A stretch of 64,000 nucleotides of DNA from an uncultured candidate division Zixibacteria bacterium (GCA_963817915.1 CAWFQL010000017.1:416001-480000), one strand, 5' to 3'. Counted from the stretch's first letter, positions 31,898 through 42,758 are shown. Translations and numbers: made by a program. The notes: generated by a model from the letters alone, not told the origin.

Positions 31898-33178
31898 TTG
31901 GACTATTTTCATTACCGAAAAGGCGAGCTCTATTGCGAAGATATTAAAGTCGCCGATATTGTTAAAAAATATTCTACACCGCTATTTATTTATAGTCTGA
32001 AAACACTCGTAAGGCATTTTCATGTGACCTCGGAGGCATTCGGAAGTATTCCGCATATAATATGCTACGCCGCCAAGGCCAATCCGAATCTCGCCATACT
32101 AAAGGTGGCATCTCTATGCGATTCCGGCGCCGATGTAGTTTCAGAGGGTGAACTTCGCGCCGCTCTAAAAGCCGGAATTCCGGCCAATAAGATCGTTTTT
32201 TCAGGAGTCGGCAAGACCGATTCCGAAATCGAATTTGCCGCCCGAACCGGAATACTTTTTATTTGTGCCGAATCTCTTCAGGAAATTGATACGATCGGCA
32301 AAATTGCCAAGAAGCTAAAAACCAAGATTCCAGTCGCAATCCGGGTAAATCCGGAAATCGATCCGAAAACCCATCCTTATATCGCCACCGGTCTGAGAAA
32401 CACGAAATTCGGCTTAAGCGAGGATTTAGCGAAAGAAGCCTATAAGAGATGTCGGAAATTCGAATGGGTGGAGCCAGTAGGGATTTCTATGCATATCGGC
32501 TCGCAAGTTGAGACTGTGAAGCCTTATGTTGACGCTACGAAAAAAATTGTCAAGCTCTACAAATATTTATGGAAACAAAATATCCGTTTAAGATATATAG
32601 ATATTGGGGGAGGATGGGCCGCTCATTTTAATTCGCGGAAGCGACTGCCACACCCCGACGATTATATCTCGGCCGTTAAAGATCTTTTTGCCGATCTACC
32701 GATCACTGTTGTGGTAGAGCCCGGAAGGTCGCTTATTGGCAATGCCGGTATTCTTGTCATGAGTGTCTTAGCATCCAAGAAGACGCCCTCGAAAAATTTC
32801 TGTATCGTGGATGCCGGCATGAATGATTTTATTCGGCCTCCATTATATGGAGCCCGGCATCGCGTCGAACCTGTCAAATATTCGCATAGAATATCTATTT
32901 TACAGGATGTTGTCGGCCCGGTTTGCGAAAGCAGTGATTTTTTCGCGAAGAAGATAAAATTGCCATTGATGAAAAAAAATGAACTGCTTGCGCTTTTCAC
33001 CGCGGGCGCTTATGGTTCATCGATGAGCTCAAATTACAATAGCCGCAGAAAAGCGGCTGAAGTGGCAGTAGCAAAAAATAAAGTATTTTTAATAAAGAAG
33101 AGGGAAACTTACGATAATCTAATCAGGAACCAAAATTTCGCTGGTATAGATTTAAAATTGGTTGGTAAATTATTATGA
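31898..33178 (+). CDS. lysA: Diaminopimelate decarboxylase
   Basis: YAAKAN, HIGSQ, EPGRSL, GPVCESSD, GAYGSSMSSNYNSR. Confidence 0.95.
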   Translation: MDYFHYRKGELYCEDIKVADIVKKYSTPLFIYSLKTLVRHFHVTSEAFGSIPHIICYAAKANPNLAILKVASLCDSGADVVSEGELRAALKAGIPANKIVFSGVGKTDSEIEFAARTGILFICAESLQEIDTIGKIAKKLKTKIPVAIRVNPEIDPKTHPYIATGLRNTKFGLSEDLAKEAYKRCRKFEWVEPVGISMHIGSQVETVKPYVDATKKIVKLYKYLWKQNIRLRYIDIGGGWAAHFNSRKRLPHPDDYISAVKDLFADLPITVVVEPGRSLIGNAGILVMSVLASKKTPSKNFCIVDAGMNDFIRPPLYGARHRVEPVKYSHRISILQDVVGPVCESSDFFAKKIKLPLMKKNELLALFTAGAYGSSMSSNYNSRRKAAEVAVAKNKVFLIKKRETYDNLIRNQNFAGIDLKLVGKLL

Positions 33179-34293
33179 TAAATAAACTCGCGCGACCATC
33201 AAGAATAGAAATAGATATCAAAGCGCTCAAGCACAATATTTCTGTCATCAAATCCTGGATCGGACCCAAATCGACTCTAATGGGAGTTGTCAAGGCCGAT
33301 GCCTATGGACATGGTGCGGTCAAAATATCTCAAGCCGCCTCCGAAGAAGGCGTAGATTTCCTGGGCGTGGCTTTTCTCGAAGAAGCAATTGAATTACAGG
33401 AAGCCGGTATTAATACTCCGAAAGTTATCCTGTATCCGGAATCGATCGAAAGAAGCATTGAGGCGGTCAAGCGGAATATATTCATTACGATTTCCAATAC
33501 TGCCCAGTATACGACAATCAAGAACGGGCTCAATGGCAACAGCAACTCGATCAGATATTTTATCAAAGCCGAGACTGGAATGAATCGCTATGGCATGAAA
33601 TCCGACGAGATTGAGCAAAATATCGTCTTGCATATTAATTCACCGACCAAAGAATTGTATGGCATCACGACTAATTTAGCCGACCCCGGTATGAATAACA
33701 AAATTCTTGCTGAAAAACAGGTGCGCAATTTTGTGGAAACTGTTAAGCACATAAGCGAAAATTCATCCAACGGCATATTCTATTCAATCGATTCTTCCGG
33801 CTCTGTTTGGAAAAATAAATCATCCAACGGTTCGTTAGTTAGAATAGGACATCTGCTTTATGGTCTTGTGCCTAATGGATCCCGCTCAGATGAATTAAAA
33901 CCGGTAATGTCGGTCAAAAGTAGGATTGCTGAAATTCATCATGTTAAAGAAGGTGATGGTGTCGGCTACGGCTTTTCATTCATTGCCAGGAGAAATTCGA
34001 TCGTGGCGACTGTGCCGGCGGGCTACGCCGACGGCTATCCATGGAATCTTTCGAATAAAGGCCAGGTGATAGTGCGAGGCAAGAAGGCTCCGATAGCGGG
34101 CAAAATTTGCATGGACGCCTTTATGATCGATATCACCGATATTCCCGAATGCCAGCAGGGGGATGATGTGATTCTGCTGGGGTCAATGGGTGATCAGAGA
34201 ATCGACGCTCATGATATCGGTTCCTGGGCCGGGACTTTTTCATATGAAATACTCTCCGGATGGAGCAAGAGGATGCCGCGGATATATCTATGA
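33175..34293 (+). CDS. alr: Alanine racemase-family amino-acid racemase
   Basis: VVKADAYGHG (PLP lysine), TGMNRYG, VGYG (catalytic Tyr), GYADGY, ICMD. Confidence 0.85.
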   Translation: MINKLARPSRIEIDIKALKHNISVIKSWIGPKSTLMGVVKADAYGHGAVKISQAASEEGVDFLGVAFLEEAIELQEAGINTPKVILYPESIERSIEAVKRNIFITISNTAQYTTIKNGLNGNSNSIRYFIKAETGMNRYGMKSDEIEQNIVLHINSPTKELYGITTNLADPGMNNKILAEKQVRNFVETVKHISENSSNGIFYSIDSSGSVWKNKSSNGSLVRIGHLLYGLVPNGSRSDELKPVMSVKSRIAEIHHVKEGDGVGYGFSFIARRNSIVATVPAGYADGYPWNLSNKGQVIVRGKKAPIAGKICMDAFMIDITDIPECQQGDDVILLGSMGDQRIDAHDIGSWAGTFSYEILSGWSKRMPRIYL

Positions 34294-35069
34294 TGGTGAG
34301 AATTAACATTAATGTTGCTGATATTCGCAAGGAACCTCAAGATAATTCTGAAAGGATTACTCAGGGATTATTCAACGAGATTGCAGAGGTTATGACCGAC
34401 AGCGATTCCTGGAGTAGAATCAAATTTCTCGATGGTTACGAAGGCTGGATCAGAAAAGCATTTATCAGTACTTATTGCAAACCATATGGCGAGGATTCAT
34501 TCGTTGTCGCTTTAAATCTCTCGCCCGGTTATATACAACCAAATATTCTATCCAGAGTTAATGGCTATTTCCCATATGGATGTTTAGTTGAAGGCATAGA
34601 TAATGGTCAATTTCTGGAGATTAAGACTGAACGATACGGCATATGTTTTTTGAACAAGACTGACCTTATAGAAAAGAGCTCTCTCGTAACGCCTCCCCAA
34701 AAAGACGAGGGGCGAATTGTATTGGAAGCAGAGAAATTTCTCGGCGTGCCATATCTTTGGGGCGGAAGATCATTTTTTGGTATCGATTGCTCCGGATTTT
34801 CGCAGGCCATCATGAAACGTTTTGGAATAAAATTGCCACGAGATTCAAAGGATCAAATTCATGAGGGAAGTGAAATCAACCGCAAGGATATTCGTACGGG
34901 AGATTTGCTCTTTTTCCCGAGGCATGTGGCGATTTCAACTTCTGGCGATATGCTTATTCACTCCAGCAGCTCCAATGGAGGAGTGGCATATAATAGCCTT
35001 GATCCCAAGAGCCCAATGTACTCTGAAAATCTCGATAAAACATTCATCACTGCCCGACGATTTTTTTAA
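34290..35069 (+). CDS. SH3 plus NlpC/P60 (C40) peptidase, YkfC-like gamma-D-glutamyl-diamino-acid endopeptidase
   Basis: DGYEGWI SH3 motif; LGVPYLWGGRS..GIDCSG, GDLLFF, HVAI, LIHS; no signal peptide; ATGA overlap with alr. Confidence 0.88.
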   Translation: MMVRININVADIRKEPQDNSERITQGLFNEIAEVMTDSDSWSRIKFLDGYEGWIRKAFISTYCKPYGEDSFVVALNLSPGYIQPNILSRVNGYFPYGCLVEGIDNGQFLEIKTERYGICFLNKTDLIEKSSLVTPPQKDEGRIVLEAEKFLGVPYLWGGRSFFGIDCSGFSQAIMKRFGIKLPRDSKDQIHEGSEINRKDIRTGDLLFFPRHVAISTSGDMLIHSSSSNGGVAYNSLDPKSPMYSENLDKTFITARRFF

Positions 35070-36209
35070 TGAATAATATTTATAAATACCTCGTTTTGAT
35101 TTTAATAATGATATTGTCATTTATGGCATTGACTGCAATTAAAGGCTCGACCTTATCAGGAGCAAAAGTGAATAATATGATTTTCATAGAAAATGATGAT
35201 GATTGGCAAAAATGCAAATTTGTCAACTGTGCTCCCAATGTTCAGGACCATTCGATTGATTTTAACTGCGCGGGCGGTCCGTCATCGCTGACTACCGATA
35301 TTATTGATCCTGGATTTCGAATTTGATCAGATAATTCTTTCCTGGAATATTAACCGACTGGATTCATTATCTTCGATGTCATTCGAATTAGAGGTTTCTC
35401 CGGATCAGGAAGAATGGTACCGATTTGGGTATCTCGCCTGGGGTGCATCCGATTCCGCCAAAATGGCCGCGTTAATGATCTCGCCGAGAACAATAGATGG
35501 AATTGGTTATATGGATACCGATGTTCTTAAGCTGAAGAAACCGATGAGATTCGCACGTGTAATTGCAGCCGCGAGTTGCGATACATCATCATCGCATATA
35601 TCATTAAGAAGACTGGCTCTTGCATTTTCTTCCAAAAACTCAAGTTGGCGCGAATACCTCAAAACAACAAAAGGTGAAAAGAAACCAATCTACGGCATTT
35701 CCAAACTCGCTGTCCCATATTTTAGCCAGAGAAATCTGCCGGAAGAAATCTCCGGCTCCTGTTGTTCGCCAACATCGGTTAGTATGGTGCTCAATTATTA
35801 TAATCTGAATATCAATCCCGAAAAGCTTGCTTGGCAAATTTACGACCCTTTCAATAAAATGTTTGGCGATTGGCCATTTAATGTTCAGGCCGCTTACATG
35901 AATGGTCTCGGCAAAGCCTGGGTTGAAATACATAGCGGTTTCGACGAAATCTACGACGAAGTCGTTGGCGGAAGACCGGTGATTATAAGTATTGCCTATG
36001 GCTATAACGAATTACCCAAATCCCCGATCCATGAAGCAACTGTCGGCCATCTAATTGTGGTCGTCGGTTTTGAGGGTCCCGATACCGTAATCTGCAATGA
36101 TCCCGCAGGCCATGATGCATCGGATGGAATAATCAAATATCCAAGGCTTGAGCTCGAAAAAATCTGGATAAATCACGGCGGCGTTGCCTATCATCTATGG
36201 CCAGAATAA
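35069..36209 (+). CDS. Exported peptidase C39-like protein (+1 frameshift near 35315-35318)
   Basis: Signal peptide in the 85-aa ORF; VPYFSQ, CSPTSVSMVL, GHLIVVVGF, CNDP in the second ORF. Confidence 0.8.
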
Positions 36210-37140
36210 TAAAACCGCGCAAATTAAATCCGGGCGATACCATCGCGCTGATAGCGCCATCATGGATCGTGCCCCCGGAACAGCTTAATAAGGGTATCGA
36301 ATTCCTTAGAAACCGCGGTTACAAGGTAAAGGAATATCCACAGATTCGTAGCCGATACGCTTACTTCTCCGGAAATGATAAAATGCGCGCCGATGCCTTG
36401 ATGCACGCATTCTCCGATAAAAAAGTCGATGCCATATTCTGTGTCGCGCGGCGGTTTCGGTGCGCAGAGAATACTTCAGTATATCGATTACAATGTGATC
36501 CGAAAAAATCCCAAACCATTTCTTGGTTACTCGGATATTACGGTCTTATTACTTTCGATATTCGCAAAAACCGGACTGGTCACATTCCATGGCCCCATGG
36601 TATCGACATCATTCGCGAGAAAGAAAAAACCATATACGATAGAATATTTTAAGAAAGCTTTGGAGGATTCATCTCCAATAGGCTTGGTGGCCAAGCCAAA
36701 AGAGTATAAAATAGAATGCCTCATTCCCGGGCGAGCTTCCGGCAGAATCGTCGGCGGGAATCTTTCCCTGATCACAAAGTTAATCGGCACCGGATTATTG
36801 CCATCATTTAAAAATAAGATAGTTTTTCTCGAAGATACCGACGAGGCTGCTTATCGTGTTGACGGCTACTTGTCTCATCTTTTTCAGGCCACTGATATTA
36901 GCCAAAGCACGAGGTTTCGTCATCGGTGAATTTACCAAAACCCCTCGACCAAAAGGCGGCGCTAAAGGCTGGACTCTAAAGCAGGTTATTCAGGATTATT
37001 TCTCGAAAGTCAAAAAGCCTACAATCAGCGGTTTCCCCTGCGGGCATGGCCACGAAAAAATCACTATACCAATCGGCGTAAATGTGGTAATTGATGCTGA
37101 CAAGAAAACTCTGGAATTTACTGAGGCGGGGGTGTGGTAA
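36197..37140 (+). CDS. ldcA: LD-carboxypeptidase (S66), two +1 frameshifts near 36444 and 36902
   Basis: GDTIALIAPS, RGGFG, GYSDIT (catalytic Ser), HGPM, GGNLS, FLED, CGHG, TIPIG distributed over three frames. Confidence 0.88.
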
Positions 37141-38141
37141 TGAAAATTAATATAAAAGAACACGAAATCCATCTAAAGACAACCTTCAGGACAACCCATG
37201 GAGCCAGCGACTCCAAACGAGTTATTATCACCGATATCGATGGCGGCCTCGGCGAGGCATCGCCGGTTCATTATTACGGCGAAAATCTTGATACGGTAAA
37301 GATATTCCTCCATCAGGCATCCAATATTCTGAGCGATGATCCGTTCCAATTGGAATCGCTGGGCAAAAAGCTTGATAGCATTGCTGCATTCAATTATAGC
37401 GCCAAAGCGGCCATCGACATGTCAATGCATGATCTGGTCTGCAAAAAACTCGGCATTCCTCTATATAAATTTTTCGGCATTACTCCACGTACAGATCTTC
37501 CCACATCCTATACAATCTCAATCTCCGATCCTGACAGTATGAAGAAAGAAACCGAAAAATCGCCGGGCTATCAGGTCTACAAGGTAAAAGTCGGCGTACC
37601 AGGCGATATCGAAATGGTTGCCGCAGTCAGAGACGCTACCAAGGCGCGAATCAGGGTCGATGCCAACGAAGGATGGTCAGTCAAAGAGGCCATCTGGCGA
37701 ATCAAAGAGCTTGAGAAGCTTGATGTCGAATTCATCGAACAGCCTCTTAATAGAGATGATTTCGATGGTTTCAAAATCCTCCGCTCCAGGGTCGATATGC
37801 CGATTCTTGCTGATGAAGGAATTTTCCGCGCAAGCGATATCCCCAAGTATGTGGGCTTAGTCGACGGTATCAATATCAAGCTCTCCAAATCCGGCGGCCT
37901 GAGAGAGGCGTTCAAAATGATCGCAGTCGCCAGGGCTCATAAAATGAAAATAATGATCGGCTGTATGATCGAGACCTCAGTTGGTATCACTGCCGCCGCT
38001 CACCTTGCGATGCTATTAGACTATGCCGATCTCGATGGCAATGTCTTGATAAAAGACGATCCCTATCGCGGAGTCACTCTCAAAAATGGCTGTCTCATTT
38101 TACCTGACAGCCCTGGCATCGGTGTAGTTCCAGCAAAATGA
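37140..38141 (+). CDS. L-Ala-D/L-Glu (dipeptide) epimerase, enolase superfamily
   Basis: YKVKVG, RVDANEGW, IEQP, ADE, NIKLSKSGG, MIGCMIE, DLDG. Confidence 0.9.
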   Translation: MKINIKEHEIHLKTTFRTTHGASDSKRVIITDIDGGLGEASPVHYYGENLDTVKIFLHQASNILSDDPFQLESLGKKLDSIAAFNYSAKAAIDMSMHDLVCKKLGIPLYKFFGITPRTDLPTSYTISISDPDSMKKETEKSPGYQVYKVKVGVPGDIEMVAAVRDATKARIRVDANEGWSVKEAIWRIKELEKLDVEFIEQPLNRDDFDGFKILRSRVDMPILADEGIFRASDIPKYVGLVDGINIKLSKSGGLREAFKMIAVARAHKMKIMIGCMIETSVGITAAAHLAMLLDYADLDGNVLIKDDPYRGVTLKNGCLILPDSPGIGVVPAK

Positions 38142-39883
38142 AGAAGCTTATACTCTGCATTTGGATCTTATTCATAGTCGATATAGCGTCGGCCGGCTTG
38201 GAAATCAATGTCATCTATCCCAGGCCCGGGCAGGAAATCGCAATTGTCGATTCGACATTTATATTCGGCAATATCACTTCAGGCGCATCTCTCTTTATTA
38301 ATGATGAACTCATTCCTGTCTATAAATCCGGTGGCTGGATTGCGTTCCAGAAAGTGCAACGCGGCGATTTTGTCTTTCATTTGGTGGCTTTCAAAGATGG
38401 CGATTCTACATCACTCGATTGGCCTGTCAGAATCGGCCCAATTATCGAATTCGATTCCACTGGTGGAGGTATCGTAAAAGGCTCTATTCGCCCGACATCG
38501 AAAGCAATTTACTCGGTCGGCGATCTTCTTGAATTTTCATTCGAAGCGCCATCCAATGGCTGCGCGTATTTCAAAATCAATAATAGGCAGCCTGTCGAGA
38601 TGATCGAATCCGATTCATCAATAAAGATCGAAAATCTATCTATGTATCGCGGCTATTATCAATTCACAGAATCCGACACTGGATCACATCGTATCTCATA
38701 CGAATTCTCTGCCAACCGTTGGGAAGCATTGACAGGCAATTTTATTACAATCGATACTCTGCTTAGCGTTTTGCCCGATTATCCGCCAGTTATCGGTGTC
38801 TTTAAAGGCACATCACAAATCGTCAGAACCGGTCCATACATGGGATATAAATTGCTCTATCAACCGCCAGGCATCAATGTTCTTGTCACCGGAATGGTTG
38901 ATGGCTTTTATAAAATTGCCCTGGCCGAAAATATCAACGCCTATGTCAATGTCGATAGCGTGAGCATCTTGAGTCCCGAAACATCTTTGCCTGCAGCTTC
39001 CTGTTCCGGTATTACGATCGACAAGGTATCCGATGGAGTCATAATTTCGGCCGAAATTGGAGCAAAGATGCCCTTTGAGGTTAATGAAAATCTCAATCCG
39101 CAAGTAATGGATATCGATATTTTCGGAGTTAAAGGCGATGTCGATAGAATTCGGTATAATTCCGATGATAAATTTATCAAAATGGCAAGATGGTCCCAGC
39201 CTCAGGATGATCTTTTCCGAATATCGATCGATTTCGGCGAAGGGAAAATCAAGGGATATACCGCTGGTTACCAGGATAAAAAATTTGTAATTCATATTAA
39301 AAAGAAATCAAATAAACATGGGATGTTCTCCAAATCATTAAAAGGCGTGCGAATCGTAGTCGACCCCGGGCATTCACACGACGCCGGAGCAGTCGGCCCG
39401 ACCGGGCTGAGAGAAGAAGACCCCAATCTCTGGATCGGGCAGGAATTGAGAACCATGCTCGAACGAAAAGGCGCGAAAGTGCTTATGACGCGCTATGGTC
39501 ACGAAGACGTCCCTTTGTATGACCGCCCCGCGATGGCGGAAAAATTCAATGCCGATATTCTTGTCTCTATACACAATAACGCTCTTCCCGATGGCAAAAA
39601 CCCATTCACCGATAATGGCACGTCTACATATTATTATCATCCGCATTCCAAGCCGCTCGCAGAAGCTATTCAGAAACGACTGCTCCATGCCACGGGTCTT
39701 CCCGATTACGGTCTCTATTATGGCAATTTGGCGCTTACCAGGCCGAGTTCATTTCCTGCTGTCCTTGTCGAATGCGCATTCATGATGATCCCCGAACAGG
39801 AAGCTATGCTGAAGAATGAGAAATTCAGAAAGAAATGTGCCAGGGCCATCATGGAAGGTATAGAAGATTATCTCGACGAATAA
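38138..39883 (+). CDS. Exported N-acetylmuramoyl-L-alanine amidase (Amidase_3)
   Basis: Signal peptide; VVDPGH, LREE, SIHNNA, PAVLVECAF. Confidence 0.93.
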   Translation: MKKLILCIWILFIVDIASAGLEINVIYPRPGQEIAIVDSTFIFGNITSGASLFINDELIPVYKSGGWIAFQKVQRGDFVFHLVAFKDGDSTSLDWPVRIGPIIEFDSTGGGIVKGSIRPTSKAIYSVGDLLEFSFEAPSNGCAYFKINNRQPVEMIESDSSIKIENLSMYRGYYQFTESDTGSHRISYEFSANRWEALTGNFITIDTLLSVLPDYPPVIGVFKGTSQIVRTGPYMGYKLLYQPPGINVLVTGMVDGFYKIALAENINAYVNVDSVSILSPETSLPAASCSGITIDKVSDGVIISAEIGAKMPFEVNENLNPQVMDIDIFGVKGDVDRIRYNSDDKFIKMARWSQPQDDLFRISIDFGEGKIKGYTAGYQDKKFVIHIKKKSNKHGMFSKSLKGVRIVVDPGHSHDAGAVGPTGLREEDPNLWIGQELRTMLERKGAKVLMTRYGHEDVPLYDRPAMAEKFNADILVSIHNNALPDGKNPFTDNGTSTYYYHPHSKPLAEAIQKRLLHATGLPDYGLYYGNLALTRPSSFPAVLVECAFMMIPEQEAMLKNEKFRKKCARAIMEGIEDYLDE

Positions 39884-39895
39884 ATAATAATTGTA

Positions 39896-40705
39896 CTACT
39901 GCTTAAGCGCTCCGGCAGTGATTCCTTCAGTAATCTGTTTCTGGAAAATCAAAAATACTATAATAACCGGCATCGAGGCAATCACCGAACCGGCCATTGT
40001 CACTGGCCAATCGCTTGAACGGGGGTCCTGCATCAACGCCAATCCCACCGGCAATGTGTACATCTGATTGGAATTAGTCAGTATTTTCTGGAAAAGAAAT
40101 GAATTCCAGGTTGTCAAAAATATCTGTACTGCCAGCACGGCCATTGCGGGTTTGCACATTGGAAGCACTATCTTGAAAAAAATCGAAAGCTCGCCTGCCC
40201 CATCGACTCTGGCGGCGTCCTCTAAATCCTGAGGCAATCCGTCGATATACTGCTTCATTAAGAATATCCCCAATGGTGATATCAGCCACGGTACAATCAA
40301 CGCCCAATATGAATCAAACCATCCGAATTTCAGCATCATCTGAAAAATAGGCAATATAAGCACGTGGGCCGGTATCATTAGCATCGCGATAGCCGATACG
40401 AAAATCGGCCAGGCTATCTTTTGAAACCCTCTCGAAAGGCCATATCCGACCATTCCGCAAAAAAGCATATTCCCCAATGTTACCACTATCGCAACAAATG
40501 TTGAATTGAAAAAGTACCAGCCAAAATTATTGGATTTGAATACTGTTGTATAGCTTTCGAGACTGAATGACAGCTTGCTCAGATCGACAGCAAATGTGCC
40601 CGGCTTTTGAAACGATAGCACGATCATATATATCATCGGAAATACCATGATAAATAATATCAGCCCCAGGAATACCGAAACTGTCCATTTAATGATCTTA
40701 TTCAT
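39896..40705 (-). CDS. Carbohydrate ABC transporter permease (MalG-like)
   Basis: LEDAARVDGA EAA motif; six TM segments. Confidence 0.93.
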   Translation of the reverse strand: MNKIIKWTVSVFLGLILFIMVFPMIYMIVLSFQKPGTFAVDLSKLSFSLESYTTVFKSNNFGWYFFNSTFVAIVVTLGNMLFCGMVGYGLSRGFQKIAWPIFVSAIAMLMIPAHVLILPIFQMMLKFGWFDSYWALIVPWLISPLGIFLMKQYIDGLPQDLEDAARVDGAGELSIFFKIVLPMCKPAMAVLAVQIFLTTWNSFLFQKILTNSNQMYTLPVGLALMQDPRSSDWPVTMAGSVIASMPVIIVFLIFQKQITEGITAGALKQ

Positions 40706-41571
40706 TTCGATGTGCTCCGCAAATTGATCAGCCTGAATTGAATCAATGAGAACAGCAGTATTATCATGAATAATATATATGCCGCCGCTGAGCCATAGCC
40801 GATATCGCCCCGTTGTATACCCTTATCGAATATATAATATACCGTGGTCAATGTAGAATTGAACGGTCTTCCTGAAGTCATCACGAAAATCTCCACAAAT
40901 ACCTGGAATGATCTTATCGTATTTAAAACTATTACGAAAACAAATGTCGATTTCAATAATGGTATTGTAATACTTTTGCTTCTTCTGAAAAAACCGGCAC
41001 CATCGACTTTTGCTGCTTCGAAAAGCTCGGTCGGTATGGATTTAATTCCCGCGAGAAATATAAGCACATAATATCCTATGGCGACCCAGATATCCATCGC
41101 CATTATCGCTAAAAGCGCAGTCTTCTCAGATTGCAGAAAGCCATTGGCAGGAGGAGTTAGTCCGGCCAGCTTATACAAAGAAAAGATATAACCGTCTCTG
41201 GAATAAAGATTATAAAACACTAATGCCACCACTACCATGGCCGTGATCGACGGTATAAAATATGTGGCTTGAAATATCCGATGTCCCGGTATTTTCTCGG
41301 CAATTATCAATGCTAATACCAGCGCCGCGATTGTGGTTATCGGTATCGTGCCAAAAATAAAGTAGAATGTATTCTTTAATGATGTGACAAATACAGGATC
41401 ATTAATTAGCCTTAAGTAATTGGCGAATCCTATGAATTTTCCGCTTCCTCTCAATAGCTGGAAGTCAGTGAGAGATAGATAGAATGAATAGACCATCGGA
41501 TAAAGCCAGAAGACTATCAGGAAAACTACCCAGGGCAAGGTGAAGAGTAGTACTTTATTTTGCTGTCTCAT
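40702..41571 (-). CDS. Carbohydrate ABC transporter permease (MalF-like)
   Basis: FIGFANY, ELFEAAKVDGA, GYGSAAA. Confidence 0.93.
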   Translation of the reverse strand: MRQQNKVLLFTLPWVVFLIVFWLYPMVYSFYLSLTDFQLLRGSGKFIGFANYLRLINDPVFVTSLKNTFYFIFGTIPITTIAALVLALIIAEKIPGHRIFQATYFIPSITAMVVVALVFYNLYSRDGYIFSLYKLAGLTPPANGFLQSEKTALLAIMAMDIWVAIGYYVLIFLAGIKSIPTELFEAAKVDGAGFFRRSKSITIPLLKSTFVFVIVLNTIRSFQVFVEIFVMTSGRPFNSTLTTVYYIFDKGIQRGDIGYGSAAAYILFMIILLFSLIQFRLINLRSTSK

Positions 41572-42751
41572 TTTCCAAATTTCTCAATTTAGTATTTATA
41601 TCGACCGACGCCTTCGTCAATACTTCCCGCGCTGTCCCATGGCCGTACATGGCAGCTTCGATCGCATCCTCGATATCTTGTTCGATATCGATCCATATCG
41701 GCGTTGGCGGAGTTGCTCTCGAATTCCGAAGCTGCTGCGCCATTATTCGCTGCTCAGGATCGCTGATTGTGAGATCATTATATGGCGGAAATCCGAACCC
41801 GGCGGCATCGCATAACCTTTGCGAATTTTCTTTCGATGTCAGAAATTCGGCCAATTTTTTCGCCATCTCCATCTTTTTTGATTTTGCGTAAACCGCGATA
41901 TATTCGCCGCCGAAGAACGATGTTCCTGTTCCGCCGCCTGAACGAAAAATCGGAACCAATCGATATTTAAAATCAGGAGGTGTCTTTTTCAATCTCCTCA
42001 GAAGCCATCCACCGGAGATTACGAATCCGACCTTCCCTTCACGAAAATATTCTTCTATTCTCGATTGACTCTCAATTATTCCGCAGTGACATAGATCAAG
42101 GTAAAAATCAAGCGCGCCCACCGACTCTTTGGTATCGAGTGCGGATATTTTATTATCTTCGCTCAATATCTGGCCGCCATTGCACCATAGAAACGGTAAA
42201 AACTTTTTATACAACCTGTGTTTTTCGGCAGAATTGCTTCCAAAACCAAAACATTCATCTCCCAAAAGATCAATTTTACGGCAAGCCTTGAGCAATTCCG
42301 GCCAATCGTTAGGAGTCTTAATTTTCGCTTTCTGAAGCAGATCAATATTGAAATAGAATATTCTCGAATCAAGCATCCAGGGCAGCGCATAAAGCTTTTC
42401 ATTCCAAACTGCGGGGTAGAGATAGTTTTCCGGCAAATCCGATTCAAATTCGGTCAAAAGTCCGTTCGATGAAAATTGCGCGATCCAATCTGAACCCAAT
42501 TCCATCACATCTGGCGGAGCCTTGGCCGCGAATGATATTACAAGCTTGTCTTGTCCGTTGGCCCATGTTAAGTCGGTTATCTCTACTTTTGTGCCGGGGT
42601 TTGCCAATTCAAATTCCGCTATCAACTGCTCAATTACCGGTTTTGTGTTGATATCCGACCAGAATTGCCAGAACCTGATGGCATTCTCATCCTTTCTCGG
42701 AATCGAACAGCTTAATAGCAAAACCGCGAGGACAAAAAATACCTTTCGCAT
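41555..42751 (-). CDS. Carbohydrate ABC transporter substrate-binding lipoprotein
   Basis: Lipobox LLSC; PPDVMELG, YALPW..D.R..YFN, F.EGKVGF...GGW family 1 SBP patterns. Confidence 0.9.
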   Translation of the reverse strand: MRKVFFVLAVLLLSCSIPRKDENAIRFWQFWSDINTKPVIEQLIAEFELANPGTKVEITDLTWANGQDKLVISFAAKAPPDVMELGSDWIAQFSSNGLLTEFESDLPENYLYPAVWNEKLYALPWMLDSRIFYFNIDLLQKAKIKTPNDWPELLKACRKIDLLGDECFGFGSNSAEKHRLYKKFLPFLWCNGGQILSEDNKISALDTKESVGALDFYLDLCHCGIIESQSRIEEYFREGKVGFVISGGWLLRRLKKTPPDFKYRLVPIFRSGGGTGTSFFGGEYIAVYAKSKKMEMAKKLAEFLTSKENSQRLCDAAGFGFPPYNDLTISDPEQRIMAQQLRNSRATPPTPIWIDIEQDIEDAIEAAMYGHGTAREVLTKASVDINTKLRNLENETAK

Positions 42752-42758
42752 AGATTTG

